The position numbers and the translations under genes were made by a program. Shown piece by piece: positions 13,328 through 27,329 of a stretch of DNA of 64,000 nucleotides; position 1 is the first letter of the stretch, and each line of letters starts with the position of its first letter. This DNA comes from Eledone cirrhosa (lineage: Eukaryota). The notes below the pieces were generated by a model. That model was not told the DNA's origin. It was given only the letters and a program-made list of their open reading frames with translations, and ran no database searches. Where the stretch lies: assembly GCA_964016885.1 (NCBI GenBank), contig OZ024752.1:2542001-2606000 (forward strand), in the 5' to 3' direction.

Positions 13328-15516
13328 AGCAAGATGTATGGTAGGTCGTACGTAAATCCCGATGATCACGCCTGACCTACCAAATATGCGACGGTAGCTA
13401 GTTAAGCTCTATGCGTATAAGCAGACCAGAAATATTAATGAAAAATAACAAAGGAACTATTATCACATTATAACAAGTTTATTGCTGACAGCCGTTTCGC
13501 CCGTCCATATGGTGGGACTTTTCAAGGCATATAACAGGTGATTGTAAGTTCATTATTTACATCAACGTTTCACTCAAGATTAGCAGTTTGAAATCGTGGT
13601 ATACATCAAGAGCTCAGCTTGTATATTTGGCGTCTATATTCTAAGGGGTCTCTTTTATATTTATTGTAGGAGTTGTAAAAGGGATGGGTTATAGGGAGTT
13701 AAGAGAATTTGAAAAGGGCCTAAGAGTTAGGGATTGAAGGTTAAAAATTAAAGAATTTATAATTACGCATTAAAAGTAAAAGACTTGGTATCTCGTAAAA
13801 GCACCTTAAAAAATCCCTCAATAAGCGCATAAAGCTTATAAGCCCCAATAAACCTAACAAACCAGCAGAGATTAAGAGAATAAAAAAAATAAAAAAAATA
13901 AATAAATAAATAAAAATAAAAAGTTTCCTAAAAAATTCCTTCAAAAGAAAAAAAAAATTTTTTTCTAAGAGATCCCTTAAAAAACTTTAGAAAATTTACG
14001 AAGATTTAATAATCCCTACGAAAGTTCTAAACTCAAAAATTAAAAATTAAAAATTAAAATTAAAAATTAGGGAAAAGAACTTTCAATAAGATTTAAGAGG
14101 TTAATAAAGATTTCGGGAATCCATAATATAAAGATTAAGATTTAAGGTAGGATTTGAATTTTAAGAGTTCCAAAACCAGAAATTAAAAAAATTAATGAAT
14201 TTAAGATTAAGCAATCTTATATATCCAAGATTAAAAATTAGAGATTAAGGGGTTGAACATTAAATTTAATTTTAAAAATTAAGAAATAAATAGTTGAAAG
14301 AAATTAATCAATTAAAGGTTAATTCAAAAAGCCTTCAATAAATCACTCAGAAACGACCCCTTTAATATTTTTAATAAAAACCTCTTCCGAAAGACCCTTC
14401 AAAGAATTAAAATTTTAGAAAACCTTTAAACAAATATATAAATGAATTGAGGAAAATTACAAATTAAAAATTAAAAATTACGGGATTTGGGATATCCGAG
14501 GAATTTTCAAAGGGCTGCTTCAACAGATACAACAACTTAGGTATAATAAATAAAGTAATTTAAGTAATTTAAGTAATCTAATTAAGAAGCAATTCAGAGA
14601 GTTTATCAAGTTGGGCAAGATTAAAGAAAATGATAAGTAAGAAAATATATAAGCAAAAAGACAATAATTATAAAATGTATTTTTAAGAAGGTATAACATA
14701 CCTTCAGTAATCTAATAATGTATTATCAAAAAATTATTAATAAAGGATTAACAAAGACATAATGATATATTCCTGCCTAATTAACAAACAATCAATAAAC
14801 AATTAATTGTTTTATTTTTTTATTTTAATTTTTAATTTTTATTTTTTATTTTTTATTTTTTATTTTTTATTTTTTATTTTTTATTTTTTATTTTTTATTT
14901 TTTATTTTTTATTTTTGAGTTTAGAACTTTCGTAGTGATTATTAAATCTTCGTAAATTTTCTAAAATGTTTTAAGGGGATCTCTTAGAGAAACATTTTTT
15001 TTTTTCTTTTGAAGGAATTTTTTAGAAAACTTTTTATTTTTATTTATTTATTTATTTTTTTTTTTTTATTCTCTTAATCTCTGCTGGTTTGTTAGGTTTA
15101 TTGGGGCTTATAAGCTTTATGCGCTTATTGAGGGATTTTTAAAGGTGCTTTTACGAGATACCAAGTCTTTTACTTTTAATGCGTAACTTATAAATTCTTT
15201 AATTTTTAACCTTCAATCCCTAACTCTTAGGCCCTTTCAAATTCTCTTAACTCCCCATAACCCATCCCTTTTACAACTCCTACAATAAATATAAAAGAGC
15301 CCCCTTAGAATATAGACGCCAAATATACAAGCTGAGCTGTTGATGTATACCACGATTTCAAACTGCTAATCTTGAGTGAAACGTTGATGTAAATAATGAA
15401 CTTACAATCACCTGTTATATGCCTTGAAAAGTCCCACCATATGGTCGGACGAAACGGCTGTCGGCAATACACTTGTTATAATGTCATAATAGTTCCTTTG
15501 TTCTTTTTCATTAATA
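13328..15516. mobile_element. large fold-back HHR element (family 6) with ~620 bp inverted arms
   Basis: arms ~13434-14050 and ~14900-15516, AT-rich spacer, (TTTTTA)n at 14815-14915, (TA)n at both ends; HHRs at 13483-13529 (-) and 15420-15466 (+). Confidence 0.85.
15420..15466 (+). ncRNA. type I hammerhead ribozyme, U3-A8 variant
   Basis: UGCC-UUGAAAA-GUCC(caccauaugguc)GGAC-GAAA-CGGCUG-UC/GGCA. Confidence 0.8.
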
Positions 15517-18314
15517 TATATATATATATATATTTCTTTAATATTGGTGTAATGGTATGATTTATAATCTCAACGAACACACACGCTTATCGCTGTTCGT
15601 GTTGTAGTTTATTTCTGGCAAGTTTTGGATTTTATATAAATAATGAGATTGTTCTCGTCCGAAATCGCCTATTATAACATTTTACTGGGGATAACATATA
15701 TGCAGCGAAATCATATTTCGTGCAATGTGGATGCTTCAACATATTCAGCAATTACTTATTTTGAAAAATACATAAATACATAAAAAAGACTGGAAGAATA
15801 TTTAGTTATTTAAATATAGGTAATGTACTTAAATAAATGTTCATTCTCCACAGTGTTATACAATAAGTCTAGAAGGTAATATGATATCTCTTGATATACA
15901 TACATTTGCTTGTGTTTTCATTATTAATGGAACTTTATACAGTGTGTTATCTCCTAGTAACCACTCTAATTACTAGTTGCTTTGAAGGATAACCACGTGT
16001 ATATTCCACATATCTAACATTTCTTGATATATAGTATACCATAAGTTAACAATGTGTAGATCACATTCAGAAAAACGTGACTTTAGAGAATTTGGCTACT
16101 ATATATACCTCGTTGAGGAAAATGTTGAACCAGCCCTATTGATCGGGGTTTATTAAACAAGTAAAATTAAAGTACTAGTGAAGCAAAACTAGGATGCATA
16201 TTCATATACTTCGATCTTCGTTTTAGTTCAAAGCAACAATTAATTGGCAAATATATCACTACAAATATTATCTTCATACTTTCCCAACAAAACGTATGTT
16301 ATCTAGACTAAGAACAACGACGTATATATCTAACGAATATAGCACATCTGCTGTCAAGATAATTGCTGTGCAACAGTTAATAAACAAATAGCGGTTAAAA
16401 TATTAAAAGGGGAAATTTAGAAACTAAGTGGTTTTGTACACAATGTTTACGAAACGTTACGAAACGTTCAGGAAATGATATGTCACTTGTAATTTTCTGA
16501 GTATATTTAACAGGATTATTTACTGTTAACAACACAAGTGGAAATATTTAACATTAACCGGATGTCAGTAACCTTAGTGTTAATCAAATGTTAAGATATT
16601 TCTCAAAAATTGATTATTTTCATAATATTCAGATATAAGGATACCAGCAGTTAAGGAGTAATTCAATAGTAATTTCTAAAGTATTACTGTTATGTCATTT
16701 AGTTCTGCATTTCAGATTATACATACACACACACTCACACACACACACGAACATACACACACATACATACACACACACATACGCACACATACACATATAC
16801 ACGCGCGCGCACGCTCACAACACACACACAAACTCACACAAACACGCACAAACACACACATACACACAGATACACGCACACACATAATCTTAAGTTATTC
16901 TGTTGGTTCATCAACTTGAGCACAGGATGCGTAAGTCGTCCAATTTAAGTATAGAACGTGATGTTATATATTTTCACTTATGCTATCATCGGTTTATTCA
17001 TAAGCAGAATGTAATATTAAAATTCATAATTATATATATATTACTGTTTAGTTGCATAGAATCATCAGAAATGTTTATACTCTACCAACGTATTGAGTAC
17101 ATTATATCACTTGTAGTTACCTAACGCACCCGCTCCCACCGAATTTGACATATCTTGTACAAAACAGAATATATGTTGTTTTACATCAAGCTTTAAATCG
17201 TACAAATATATGTTACTATTTCGGACAGCTTGTATTTTATATTGGCTTTTATTCTTATTTATTTCTCAATTGTATTTTAGATATTTATATTTTTAAAGAA
17301 TCAATTAATGGTGGCGTTTGTCGTTCTTAATCCAACGGATTATGCACGTAGTAGACTACGTTTTAGATGCGAAAGCCAAGCTGTGCTTTCGAGCCTGGAG
17401 ACATGTTCGCAAGTTGCATGTAGGATTAACTGCTCCACATGCTGAAAATATCCGATGATGTTTAAGTCGAACTTAATCAATGTTATTTATCCTCAGGTCA
17501 AATTTCTATTTGGATGTCAAAATCAGGATATTATGTATGCAACATGAAATAACTTGAGATTCGAAGCTAGAAGAATAATTTCTGACAAAAACACTTGCGT
17601 CATACGTCAAAAGTAACATTTATTTAACACACTTGTACAGTGGAATGGAAGGAAAAAGCAAAACCAAATTACTAGAATATGAAGTTAATTCAGTTTATTT
17701 CCATTTTTTTTAAAACAAATTTTCATTTGGAGATGAATGGAAGAGGCTCAAAATATTGTGTGCGTTTTATTGAGATTCTTTCAATACTATCTAAATATTC
17801 AGTCCTTCTATATCTGCACGTTAGTTTCTACGTTGTTTATCTATGGTAGTTACAGTAACATTCCCCTCCATACTGAAGCATAATTGACAGTTGCTTATGA
17901 TAAAACAGTATCAGGTCAAACGTATTTATCCCCCACACAAATAAATGCAAAACTAAAAAGAAACATAGCGTGCTTTGTAATTTTCCCAATAACACAGAAA
18001 AGCGAGATCGTTGGCTCTTTCAGTGGAATCACTTCCACAGTGTTTCAACACAATGTGTACTTCAATAATTAAAAGTCACAGCATGCGTAACTCATATAAA
18101 TAACAAATAGTAAACGTATTCAACTTGTGAATGAAACTTTAAAATATAAATTATATAAAATAATACAGACCCACACACATCAATCACATATATAATTATA
18201 TATTAATTAGGAGGAGTGTATGTATGTATGTATGTATTTATGTGTATATGTATGTATGTAAGTATGTATCTATCTATTTAAGTGTGTATGTATGTATGTA
18301 TTTATATATGTATC

Positions 18315-19130
18315 TCAACGGCCATCTAATAAAACATTTGTTTTTTTTGTGGAGCGAGATACTCCTAGTCTTTATTAAGACATTTCTTTAGAAGGTCACT
18401 CTGATATAAAACCTGCGACCTCGTTTGCATCCAATGATGTAGGCCAGTTCTACATTGTGTGTATATGCATTCGATGTTCAGAGAGTGGGTCTGGTACCCA
18501 GCTAAGCCTTTCCACACTTAAAAAAAATTCAGGCACAAGCATCGCTTGGTGTGTGACATTTTCTACAATGCATGGCATTGCTGGCGATAGCCAAGCTCCT
18601 AGCAAGATTAAAAAGCCGTGTCTATGATGTTCATCCTTACTTATCAAATGACGGCATTTTTCGAAATCTAGTTGCAGCCAACATCATGTATGTATGTATA
18701 AATGCATGTATGTCAGGTATCTCTTCAGTGCTATTGGTAACATATAACACAATACAACCTGTTCATGGTAGGTCCGTCAGCGACTTAACCAGCAACACCT
18801 ACCAAGCTTGATTGGTGAGGAGGCTGGTTTTGCACACTCTGTCGGATGAAAACAAAACCCATCAAAGGCCGGAGGAACTCAAGAGAATCAACGGCCATTC
18901 AAAAGGATTTTTCTTTTTCTTTTCTTTTCTTTTCTTTTCTTTTCTTTTCTTTTCTTTTCTTTTCCTTTTTTTAGGAAGAGACTCCTAGATTTCATCAAGA
19001 CATCTCTCAAGGAGAATGCCACTCTGCTAAAGAAAAAAAAACAACCTTCAACTTCGTTTGCATCCAATAATATAGATCAGTTTCTTTGTTTTGGGTAGGG
19101 GGTGGGGGAATACATGGATTCGATGTTCAG
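18315..19130. repeat. diverged partial tandem duplication of an interspersed repeat; 18710-18900 also homologous to 34783-34970
   Basis: TCAACGGCCAT at ~18315, 18887, 34954; ACTCCTAG..CGTTTGCATCCAAT..TTCGATGTTCAG at 18361-18481 and 18981-19130. Confidence 0.65.
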
Positions 19131-21637
19131 ATCCCATTAGACCGCTAATTAAGACGCTGGGTATTGATGTAAATTCAAATTTTGCGATAATCACTTTCTC
19201 TTAGTAAATATATTATAATAATGTAAAATAATAAATAAAAGGCTGATAAAAAGAAAACTATATAATGAAGAGGTCACATTTGCCTTCTCTGCCATCTGTG
19301 TCCCTTTTCACTCTCCATCTAGCAGAAGTGAATATTTTCTAAAATATTGTGCAATTAAGGAAATATCTTCAGATGTGAATGCAAATGATTTGTTGAGGAG
19401 ATTGTAATATATTTTCCGATGTTGAATATTCATTATGCACCATGAATAAGTGTGTGTAAATTTGTGTGTATAATTATTTGTTTATCAAGAGGAAAGTATC
19501 TCCCCTCGTGGCAAATGGTTGATCTTAACTGTCGGAAAATTGAATTCATAAATACCTTGGGTAAATATATATTTACACTGGTCCGGTGTCACAGAAATTC
19601 GGCTCGAATTTTGGAGAATGTTGAAAAAAAGAATATTCAAATTTCGAAGACACATAGACTGCTTGAAAAGCAGAAGTGAAAACTGGAATAGAGATCAGTA
19701 CATGAATTATAGCGATCATGCATTAAACCCTGACCATGACAATCTTGACATTAGGAACGGTAGGCATCTACTGAAGCAATGGAAAGTGTTTACATATCTA
19801 AATGGGCGAGGATGCGAAGTTATCGAGTAAACTATGGAATCCGGATATTAAATAGCAACTCTTATAAAACGCTAATAGTGGACAGCTTCTAGACCTAATG
19901 AATTGAATATTCGTACATGTAATCACATATAAATGCCACAGCTGGTATTTGAATAAATCCCTGGAGGGACGTTCACAACCTATGAAATGTTATGATTCTG
20001 GTGTGATGTAAACAAATCTAGAATCTATCAGGTGAGAATTGAATATACTAGGCAGTTGTTGTTACGTGACACACGTATTAGCAGCATCATAGCTCAACAA
20101 TGCGCCATCTGATATCTCCACCAAATATAAATGTCAATTGGCAGCCCGTTCCTCAAGTCTAAAACAATGATTAGTCAGATTTCAAAATAAGAGAACTTCA
20201 GGAAACTGTTGCTTGACACTTCTGTCAGACTCTGTTCTTGCTGTAAATTATTAGCTTCTTTACACTGCAACACGTTCGGAGTAGCATCAAAGATTTGGCT
20301 CCCCACGTCTTCCTCACCATCCTCCTGGGAAACGCATTCTCTATTCTGTCCGCCAGAACCACGGGGCTGCCATTCGTGGGACCCCATTTTCTCAGAATAG
20401 TTAGAGATGGGGAGAGTAGGAGAGACGGTAGCTTAGATAGTGGGTGTTTAGTTATTTTGTGTTTGGAACTGGTGTATATATATAAGCGAGAATGAGTCTA
20501 AAAGCTGTTTCTTGAAAATGTGTAGTTGCTCATGTTGTTGTTGTCGAGGCTCTACTTCTTACACCAAGTTCACTTCTTTCCTTTTTAATAATCCACACTG
20601 GGAGAATTTTAATTACCATGAATTATCATAATTGGTGTGATTTTCTTTGTAATAACACCACGAACAGTTAAATTGATTAGCCTTGAATATGGATTAAAAA
20701 TGAGATTTAGAAGATAGATTTTAATCCTGAAAAGATTAAAGATTAGGATTTACGAGAATTTTGTTTTATTTTCTATCATTACTGATTTCGCGCTTGTGAT
20801 ATCATTTACTACTTCTTCCGTTGTACAAGGAATTGTTAAGTACTACTTTAAGTAATGGAGAAGACTGTCATATGTAATGACGAAATGATGCTTTCCATCA
20901 ACTGTATAATGGGTGTATTGTTGTGTTTGAAATATTATTTCATTTATTGGAATGAAGTAGATTAAACTATAGTGCATGCATAACATAAACACTGCTTTGG
21001 ATGAATTAAATTTAATATTAAGTAAATTTCCACTTTATATTTAATTCCAGAAGTCTGATTATACATTTTCGAATGACTACTAAGTTATTACATTTATTAG
21101 ATTGGCTAAAAATGTTGGTTCTCAGCTAAGATACAGAACTTTCTAACATTTCATTTTCAATCTTGACTGTTGAAAAACGAATGAATGCGGCATTTTCTCT
21201 TTGTATGAATAAAAATACATGTTTTCATTGTGGTTTACACATGAGGTTTCATCCTGCATGTGTTCATTTAAAACATTTGAGGAATTTTCCGTGATGTTGT
21301 TTACAAATCTCTAAAGGTATAACAGTTAGTAAACAAACTATTTCAGGAGAGATCAAACAAATCCCATGAACAACATCGGTATAGAATGCAGAGTAAATAT
21401 TGACCACGAAATAAAAAACTCTTCATATATTACGTTGAATACTTAGACACAATTGTACATAAAAGTAAAACAATATGTTTTTGAAGTATACTAACGTACG
21501 TAACCCAATTAATTTCAACAGTTATCTAGTCACCCAACTTTAGTTTGGATACTTGAATTCTGATGTTTACGTTTTGAAGTCCAATATTCTCCAATGCATT
21601 ATAAGTCAAACGCTTATATATATATATATATATATAT

Positions 21638-21830
21638 CCAGAGAGTGTAGCTGTAGGTTCACGCGGGTGAGCACTGGATGTTTAAGGGGTCTGACGAGCC
21701 ACGGATTACAGAGTCGGCCTAGATGGATACAAATCGAACCTTGAGCTGATCAGTGGCGAAACGCGCGTTAGCAACCAATAAACGTAATGAAGCAGTAACC
21801 AATCGCCCTTTATTATTTTATTTCACTATA
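21638..21830 (+). mobile_element. family 2 HHR element between (TA)n tracts (antisense tail piece joined to sense HHR)
   Basis: 21688-21772 GGU-CUGACGA-GCCAC..GUGGC-GAAA-CGCGCG-UU/AGC; 21638-21683 is antisense to the 5495-5550 tail. Confidence 0.78.
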
Positions 21831-22049
21831 TATATATATATTTATATATACACACACGTATGTATATGCGTGAGTGTGTGGGTATGTGTGAGTTTGTTTT
21901 TGTGTGTGTGTGTGTCTATGTGCGTGTGTATGCGTGTGTGTGCGTGTGTGTGTATGTGTGTATGTATATATTTAATTATATGGACACATATATGTATGTG
22001 CAAATATATATATATACATATATATAAGTTATTATTATTATTGTTATTC

Positions 22050-22240
22050 GATCTACAGTATGGGTAGAGAGTCGAACACCATGCTTTGCAGCATATAGTT
22101 GCAACCCTTTACAATCCGAGTTGAAATCGTGCCGATGTTAGTTTTGCCTTTCATCCTTACGAGGTTAATAACATAAAGTAATCGTAATGCACTGGATTTT
22201 ATAGACTATACCCTGTCCCAAAATTGATGTAGAAATAAAG
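22050..22240 (+). mobile_element. degenerate tRNA-derived SINE
   Basis: GAGTTGAAATC B-box-like, TTTGCCTTTCATCCTTACGAGG core shared with the other SINE copies. Confidence 0.6.
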
Positions 22241-22420
22241 ATTATCATTATGAAGACTAAAGAGTAAGTCTTGCTACTCTGGAGATTGCCATTTAAAATA
22301 CATTTCGTTATTAACAATTATTTATTATTATTTCAGATATACACCATTTATATATAAATAAATAAACAGATTAAATAAGAATGGCGTAGACATACAATAG
22401 AACAGGAGGAAAATAATAGT

Positions 22421-22715
22421 ATCACTAATGATGTTGCAGATGTGCAACGAAAGAACTTTGTTAGACTATATATATATGTATTTATATCTGTATATTTGAC
22501 CGATAGTCAGTCAGTGATAGAGAGTGAGGACCAAATAAATTAACTGTGGATATATAAAAGATTCAGAAGCGAAAACTAACCAAACTGTGAGTGTGTTCTG
22601 TTATTATTTCTGGCAATAGTATTACAACAATAGGACCCTCCCCAAGTATAACAATATTTGTTTCGACAAACGATTTCATATCAAAAACCTCGCAAAACAA
22701 ATTCATCGCCGTCAT
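22421..22715 (+). mobile_element. family 1 HHR element (sense copy, G5A core)
   Basis: CA-CUAAUGA-u-GUUGCA(gaug)UGCAAC-GAAA-GAAC-UU/UG at 22421-22462; tail homologous to reverse complement of 4485-4590; ends in (TA)n. Confidence 0.7.
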
Positions 22716-22746
22716 ATATATATATATATATATATAGATATATATA

Positions 22747-22756
22747 TTAGAAAGTG

Positions 22757-22793
<37 letters not shown>

Positions 22794-23112
22794 TGAAAAA
22801 TAACCGAGGTGACCTACACGAGTGAAAGTATAAAGAAAAAGAGATGAAATCGAAAATGCAACTGAAGTCTTATTTTTTTTTTTTAAATATATATATTTAT
22901 TTGGTTCCTTTACCGGTTTCGCAGTTCTTCTGCTTTTCAAAAGTAGAGTTGAGATGGTGGGTCTGTGGTTGAGAAAAACCACAGACCCTCCATCTCAACT
23001 CTACTTTTGAAGAGCAGAAGAACTGCGAAACCGGTAATGAAACCCAAAAAATATATATATTTAAAAAAAAAATAAGACTTCAGTTGCATTTTCGATTTCA
23101 TCCCTTTTTCTT
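22747..23112. mobile_element. palindromic HHR element (family A)
   Basis: arms fold at ~22973; HHRs 22908-22943 (-) and 23004-23039 (+); (TA)n on both sides. Confidence 0.85.
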
Positions 23113-23214
<102 letters not shown>

Positions 23215-23254
23215 ATTTCGTTTCGTTATTTGTTTTTATATATATATATTTAAT

Positions 23255-24148
23255 ACAATAACAGAGATAGTTTAAAGCTAAACTCTGACTGGTAACCATC
23301 TCACTCAACAAACATTAGGTTATATTAAAATATAAACCCAATTTAAGTGTTTGTGGTGCTAACAATATGTATAATCTGGAAAAACCAGTTGTATTATTTT
23401 ATGAGATATAATTAAAGTTAAAGTATATCTCTCTTTCCAAACAATTGTTTCATTATAAGTTTTCTACAAGTTTGGGAGAATGTTTCCAGTTTATGTAGAA
23501 GCCTAATATATATTCATGTAATAATATATTTAGGTGGGCTCTTATAAATCGTCAGTGGAAGCCCATTAAACATTGATATAAGAAAACAATTTCTTACCGC
23601 TGTCAAAAATCATGTCCGTAAAGTTGGTCTCTCCCACCTCCAATGACCGCTAAATTTGAAATTCCAACAGTTTTTGACTGAGGAAGTATCATAGCGACAC
23701 GAAGCGGGAAAGGGAGACAACCCACGAAATGAGGAAAAAAATAATAATATACACGCGGGTTAATTAGTTTTTTTGAAAACATTATCAATCCAACGTGTTT
23801 AAGAACTCAATTGAAAATAAAAAAAATAAATATATGCTTGTATAAATTACACACGCATATAGATATTTTCTTAGGCTAAATCAGAAGTTGTACCCGAATA
23901 AGAACCGCTTCTCATAACCGCAGTAAATGCAGAAAGTTATGCTATAAAGGGCAAATGGGAATATAATTCTCCGGCCGAATTATTAAGAGTAAAATATAAA
24001 ACACACGCGGGTTAATTAGTTATTTCAAAACCAATATTAATTCCTCGTGTAAAGAACTCAATTAATAAAAGAAAATAAATACATATATGCATGTAATTAT
24101 ATACGTAGGCATATATATATATTTTCATAATTTTCCTAGGCTAAAATT

Positions 24149-24150
<2 letters not shown>
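23255..24150 (-). mobile_element. family 7 HHR element with internal ~250 bp duplication
   Basis: HHR 23435-23560 minus: UUCCA-CUGACGA-u-UUAUAAG..CUUAUAA-u-GAAA-CAAUUG-UU/UGGAA; homologous to the 31480-32810 units; ACACGCGGGTTAATTAGTT at ~23751 and ~24003. Confidence 0.8.
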
Positions 24151-24188
<38 letters not shown>

Positions 24189-24933
24189 TTATGGATCCGT
24201 CGTTGTTACAATTGTTGCACAAACAGTCGGCTCCTCATCCGGATTAATATTCCAGACCCTCACCAGTTTTGTACGGACTTACTGAACCTTCTGCTCCTAT
24301 ATATATAATATAAATACGTGTGTGTGTGTTTGTATGTGTATGTGTGTGTGTCTGCTTCTGTATGTGTATATATGTCTGTGTGTGACTGAGTATGGTGAGG
24401 ATCACATGTTTAGACGACGCCAGTCAAATATAAAAATGGAATTGGTTATATGCATTTGTACTCCGAAGCATATCTATAAAATTAGCATATAAATAATTGC
24501 GATTAACGGTTGCCTTATAGCGAATGGGATTTAGAGATACTTTATTGCTATTTTTGACAAATAAAAGTGATAAACATCAAGTTGAAACGTTTTTTAATTT
24601 CAGTTTGGTGAAGAGGAAAGAATGTGTAATTTGAGAAACATTGATTTGAAAGAATAGAACAAATCGGAACAAAGGACATACAATGAGGAAATGAGAAACA
24701 TTTTAGAGAATTCATTATTTTGAATTTATCATTTTATATATTTTTTTAATCACACAAGTAAATTAAAATGAAATCAACTGTGTATTATGTAGAAGACTGT
24801 TCACCGTGCCTTAATTCAGCATTCCTATCCTTCTGTATGTATGTTAAATGAATACGCAGACAATGCGTTGTTACCCACTTCCCAACGCATCGTCTACTAT
24901 TTACATATATAAATATTCATGTGAAAATGGTTG

Positions 24934-24975
<42 letters not shown>

Positions 24976-24992
24976 CATATATATATATATAT

Positions 24993-25620
24993 CCAGGTAG
25001 TGTAACGGTGAGTTACGGTAGATTCACCAGGGTGAGCACTCAATGTTTAGGTTCGCGTGGGTATCAAGGTGTAGAGATAGACACAGCCTAGTGTAATAAA
25101 ACAAGGACGAATGGTTACTTCTTCATTACATTTATTGGTTGGTGACGCACGTTTCGCTATTGATCAACTCAAGGTTCGATCTGTATCGATCTAGCCCGAC
25201 CCTGTATTCAATGACCCGTCGGACCTCTGTGGCAGTAAGGACAGAATGAATATACATGGCCTATGAACAAGTCTAATGCCCATACGCTGGTCATGAAAAG
25301 TTATTTTGATTGGTGAGTTGATTACGAGGAATGTTTTCGTCTGTAGTGTAGATGGGGATGAGTGTGGTGATAAGTTGGTAGCTAGGGGCAGAGGTTGATG
25401 TGAGAGGCGTGGTATGGGGTTTTGATTGTCCCTAGACAGCTGGCGTGTATATTGAGGCTGATTTTCTGTGTGGGGTGCGGATGTGTTGGTGGTGCAGTTC
25501 ATGATACTGGATGAACGATTGCGGTGTTTTACTATTGGGTGGGGCGTTGGGTGTGATAAGGGATTATTAAGGGGACTTGTGCTAGAAGGAGTTAATGAGG
25601 TGGTGGGATATTGCATATGG
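24993..25620 (-). mobile_element. family 2 element, minus strand, with upstream body
   Basis: 25095-25225 homologous to 5150-5280 (degenerate HHR); 24993-25095 antisense to tail 5450-5550; abuts (TA)n. Confidence 0.7.
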
Positions 25621-26309
25621 AAGTTATGTATACACAAAGAAGAAAGTTATAACAAGTATATATACAAAGCATATACATATAGAACTATACATATATATAC
25701 ACACGCACACATATATAAGATATAAATATATATGTGTGTGGACAAACATTAGTGAGGAAACACGATGTGGGCATGAGTGTAAACATACATACACACACAG
25801 ACACATTTGTATACATCCATACCCACACAAATTATGTACATATGGGATTGGACACACAGAGACACACTCATATATATATCCGTATGTATTGTGTGTGTAT
25901 ATGGGTAATCTCTGTTTTGATTGACGTACGTCTGCGAACTTATGTGTTTTTACATGTAGGTATGTGTGTGCGCGCGTTATATACGTACTTATTTATTTAT
26001 ATACGTTTATTTAATTATATGTATACACGCACACACACACATATATATATATTTTGTTTATATATATGTTTATGTATATTTGGTGTATACGTTCGTTTGT
26101 GTGCGGGTACAGCCGTTGCGTGGGTTCTGTAAGTGCGTGCGTGTTTTTTTGTGTACATGCTTGTATTTGTTTACCCATGGTGATTGTTTTCGTGTATGCT
26201 TGTGTATATGGATGCGTGTATGTATATATTTAATTTCAATTACCTCTGTATTTTATTTACTTTATTCTTAACTCTGAAGCCGAGAATCATTCGGTTTCCT
26301 AAATAGAAG

Positions 26310-26575
26310 TTTAGTCTACGACTTCAGTTATACCATTTACTTGGTTTTGTCTTTGCGTGTAATTGTTTTCACCGCTCCATATAATGACGTATTATTTCCG
26401 TTCATTGCCAGAGAACGTCTCCATGAACCACCTAATATAATATTAGTCTACGACTTCCTTCATACCATAAACGCGGTTTTTTTCTTTGCGTGTAATTGTT
26501 TTCAACGCTCCAAATAATGACGTATTATCTTCGTTTTTGTTTACGTTCTTTGCCAGGGAACGTATCCACGACCAA
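26310..26575. repeat. tandem duplication, ~132 bp period
   Basis: TTAGTCTACGACTTC..TTTGCGTGTAATTGTTTTCA..TAATGACGTATTAT at ~26311 and ~26442. Confidence 0.85.
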
Positions 26576-27329
26576 AAGTATCGTCTTCCAGTCTTCCTTC
26601 AGTTGCAACGTTTTTTGAAATATTTACTTTTGCGTTCACAGATTGACTTTTTTAGTTTCAGAAGATCCCGTTAAGGGTGAAAGCAGCCATTATTTGCTTA
26701 AACTTTAATCTGTTATCTGAATAGATATATATACATATATATGTATGTATATACATTTATATATGTGCTTGCTTTTGTTATGTGTGAATGTGTCTATGAT
26801 AGGGCGTGTGGTAGTAATGCACTTGTGTAATAATTGATTAATTTTGGGTTTGAATACATTTATATATTGGAGTTTGAGAGCGATAAGAGTGAGAAATATA
26901 AATTCGTGGTATACGGAACACATTATAGGAAAGTTTAAAATATACCGACGTTTCCTTTTGTGCGTATTCAAGCACATATTTTAATGTGTCGTAGAATATT
27001 TTGCTACGGCTTTTACTATATTCTCCAATTTTCTGTAATACAAGCATAAGTGATATAGATCTTTGACGATTTATGAGGGGGTGAAAGTAATTGCATTGTC
27101 TAATAGCTTGTTGTATTATATATTAGCTTTAACATTTCATTAATATTTTATGTTCTAGGAAATAGTTTGATGGGTTTACATATCTAATTTGTTTGCGATG
27201 TATTAGTAGGATATGTTAACCTACAGCATCTATTTCGAGCCAAATGAATTACCATAGGAAGTTCGATGTGTATTCAAAACCTAATAAACGCCTCTAGACA
27301 AATTCACCAAACGGCTGTTCAGAGAGGAA

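Noticed and set aside
20200-20570. GC-richer island with TATA-like TATATATAAG, possible solo LTR
   Set aside because: No confident TG..CA boundaries, TSD or second copy
25191-25637. 148-aa Pro/Ser/Thr-rich minus-strand ORF
   Set aside because: Low-complexity element body upstream of a family 2 HHR, with no recognisable domain
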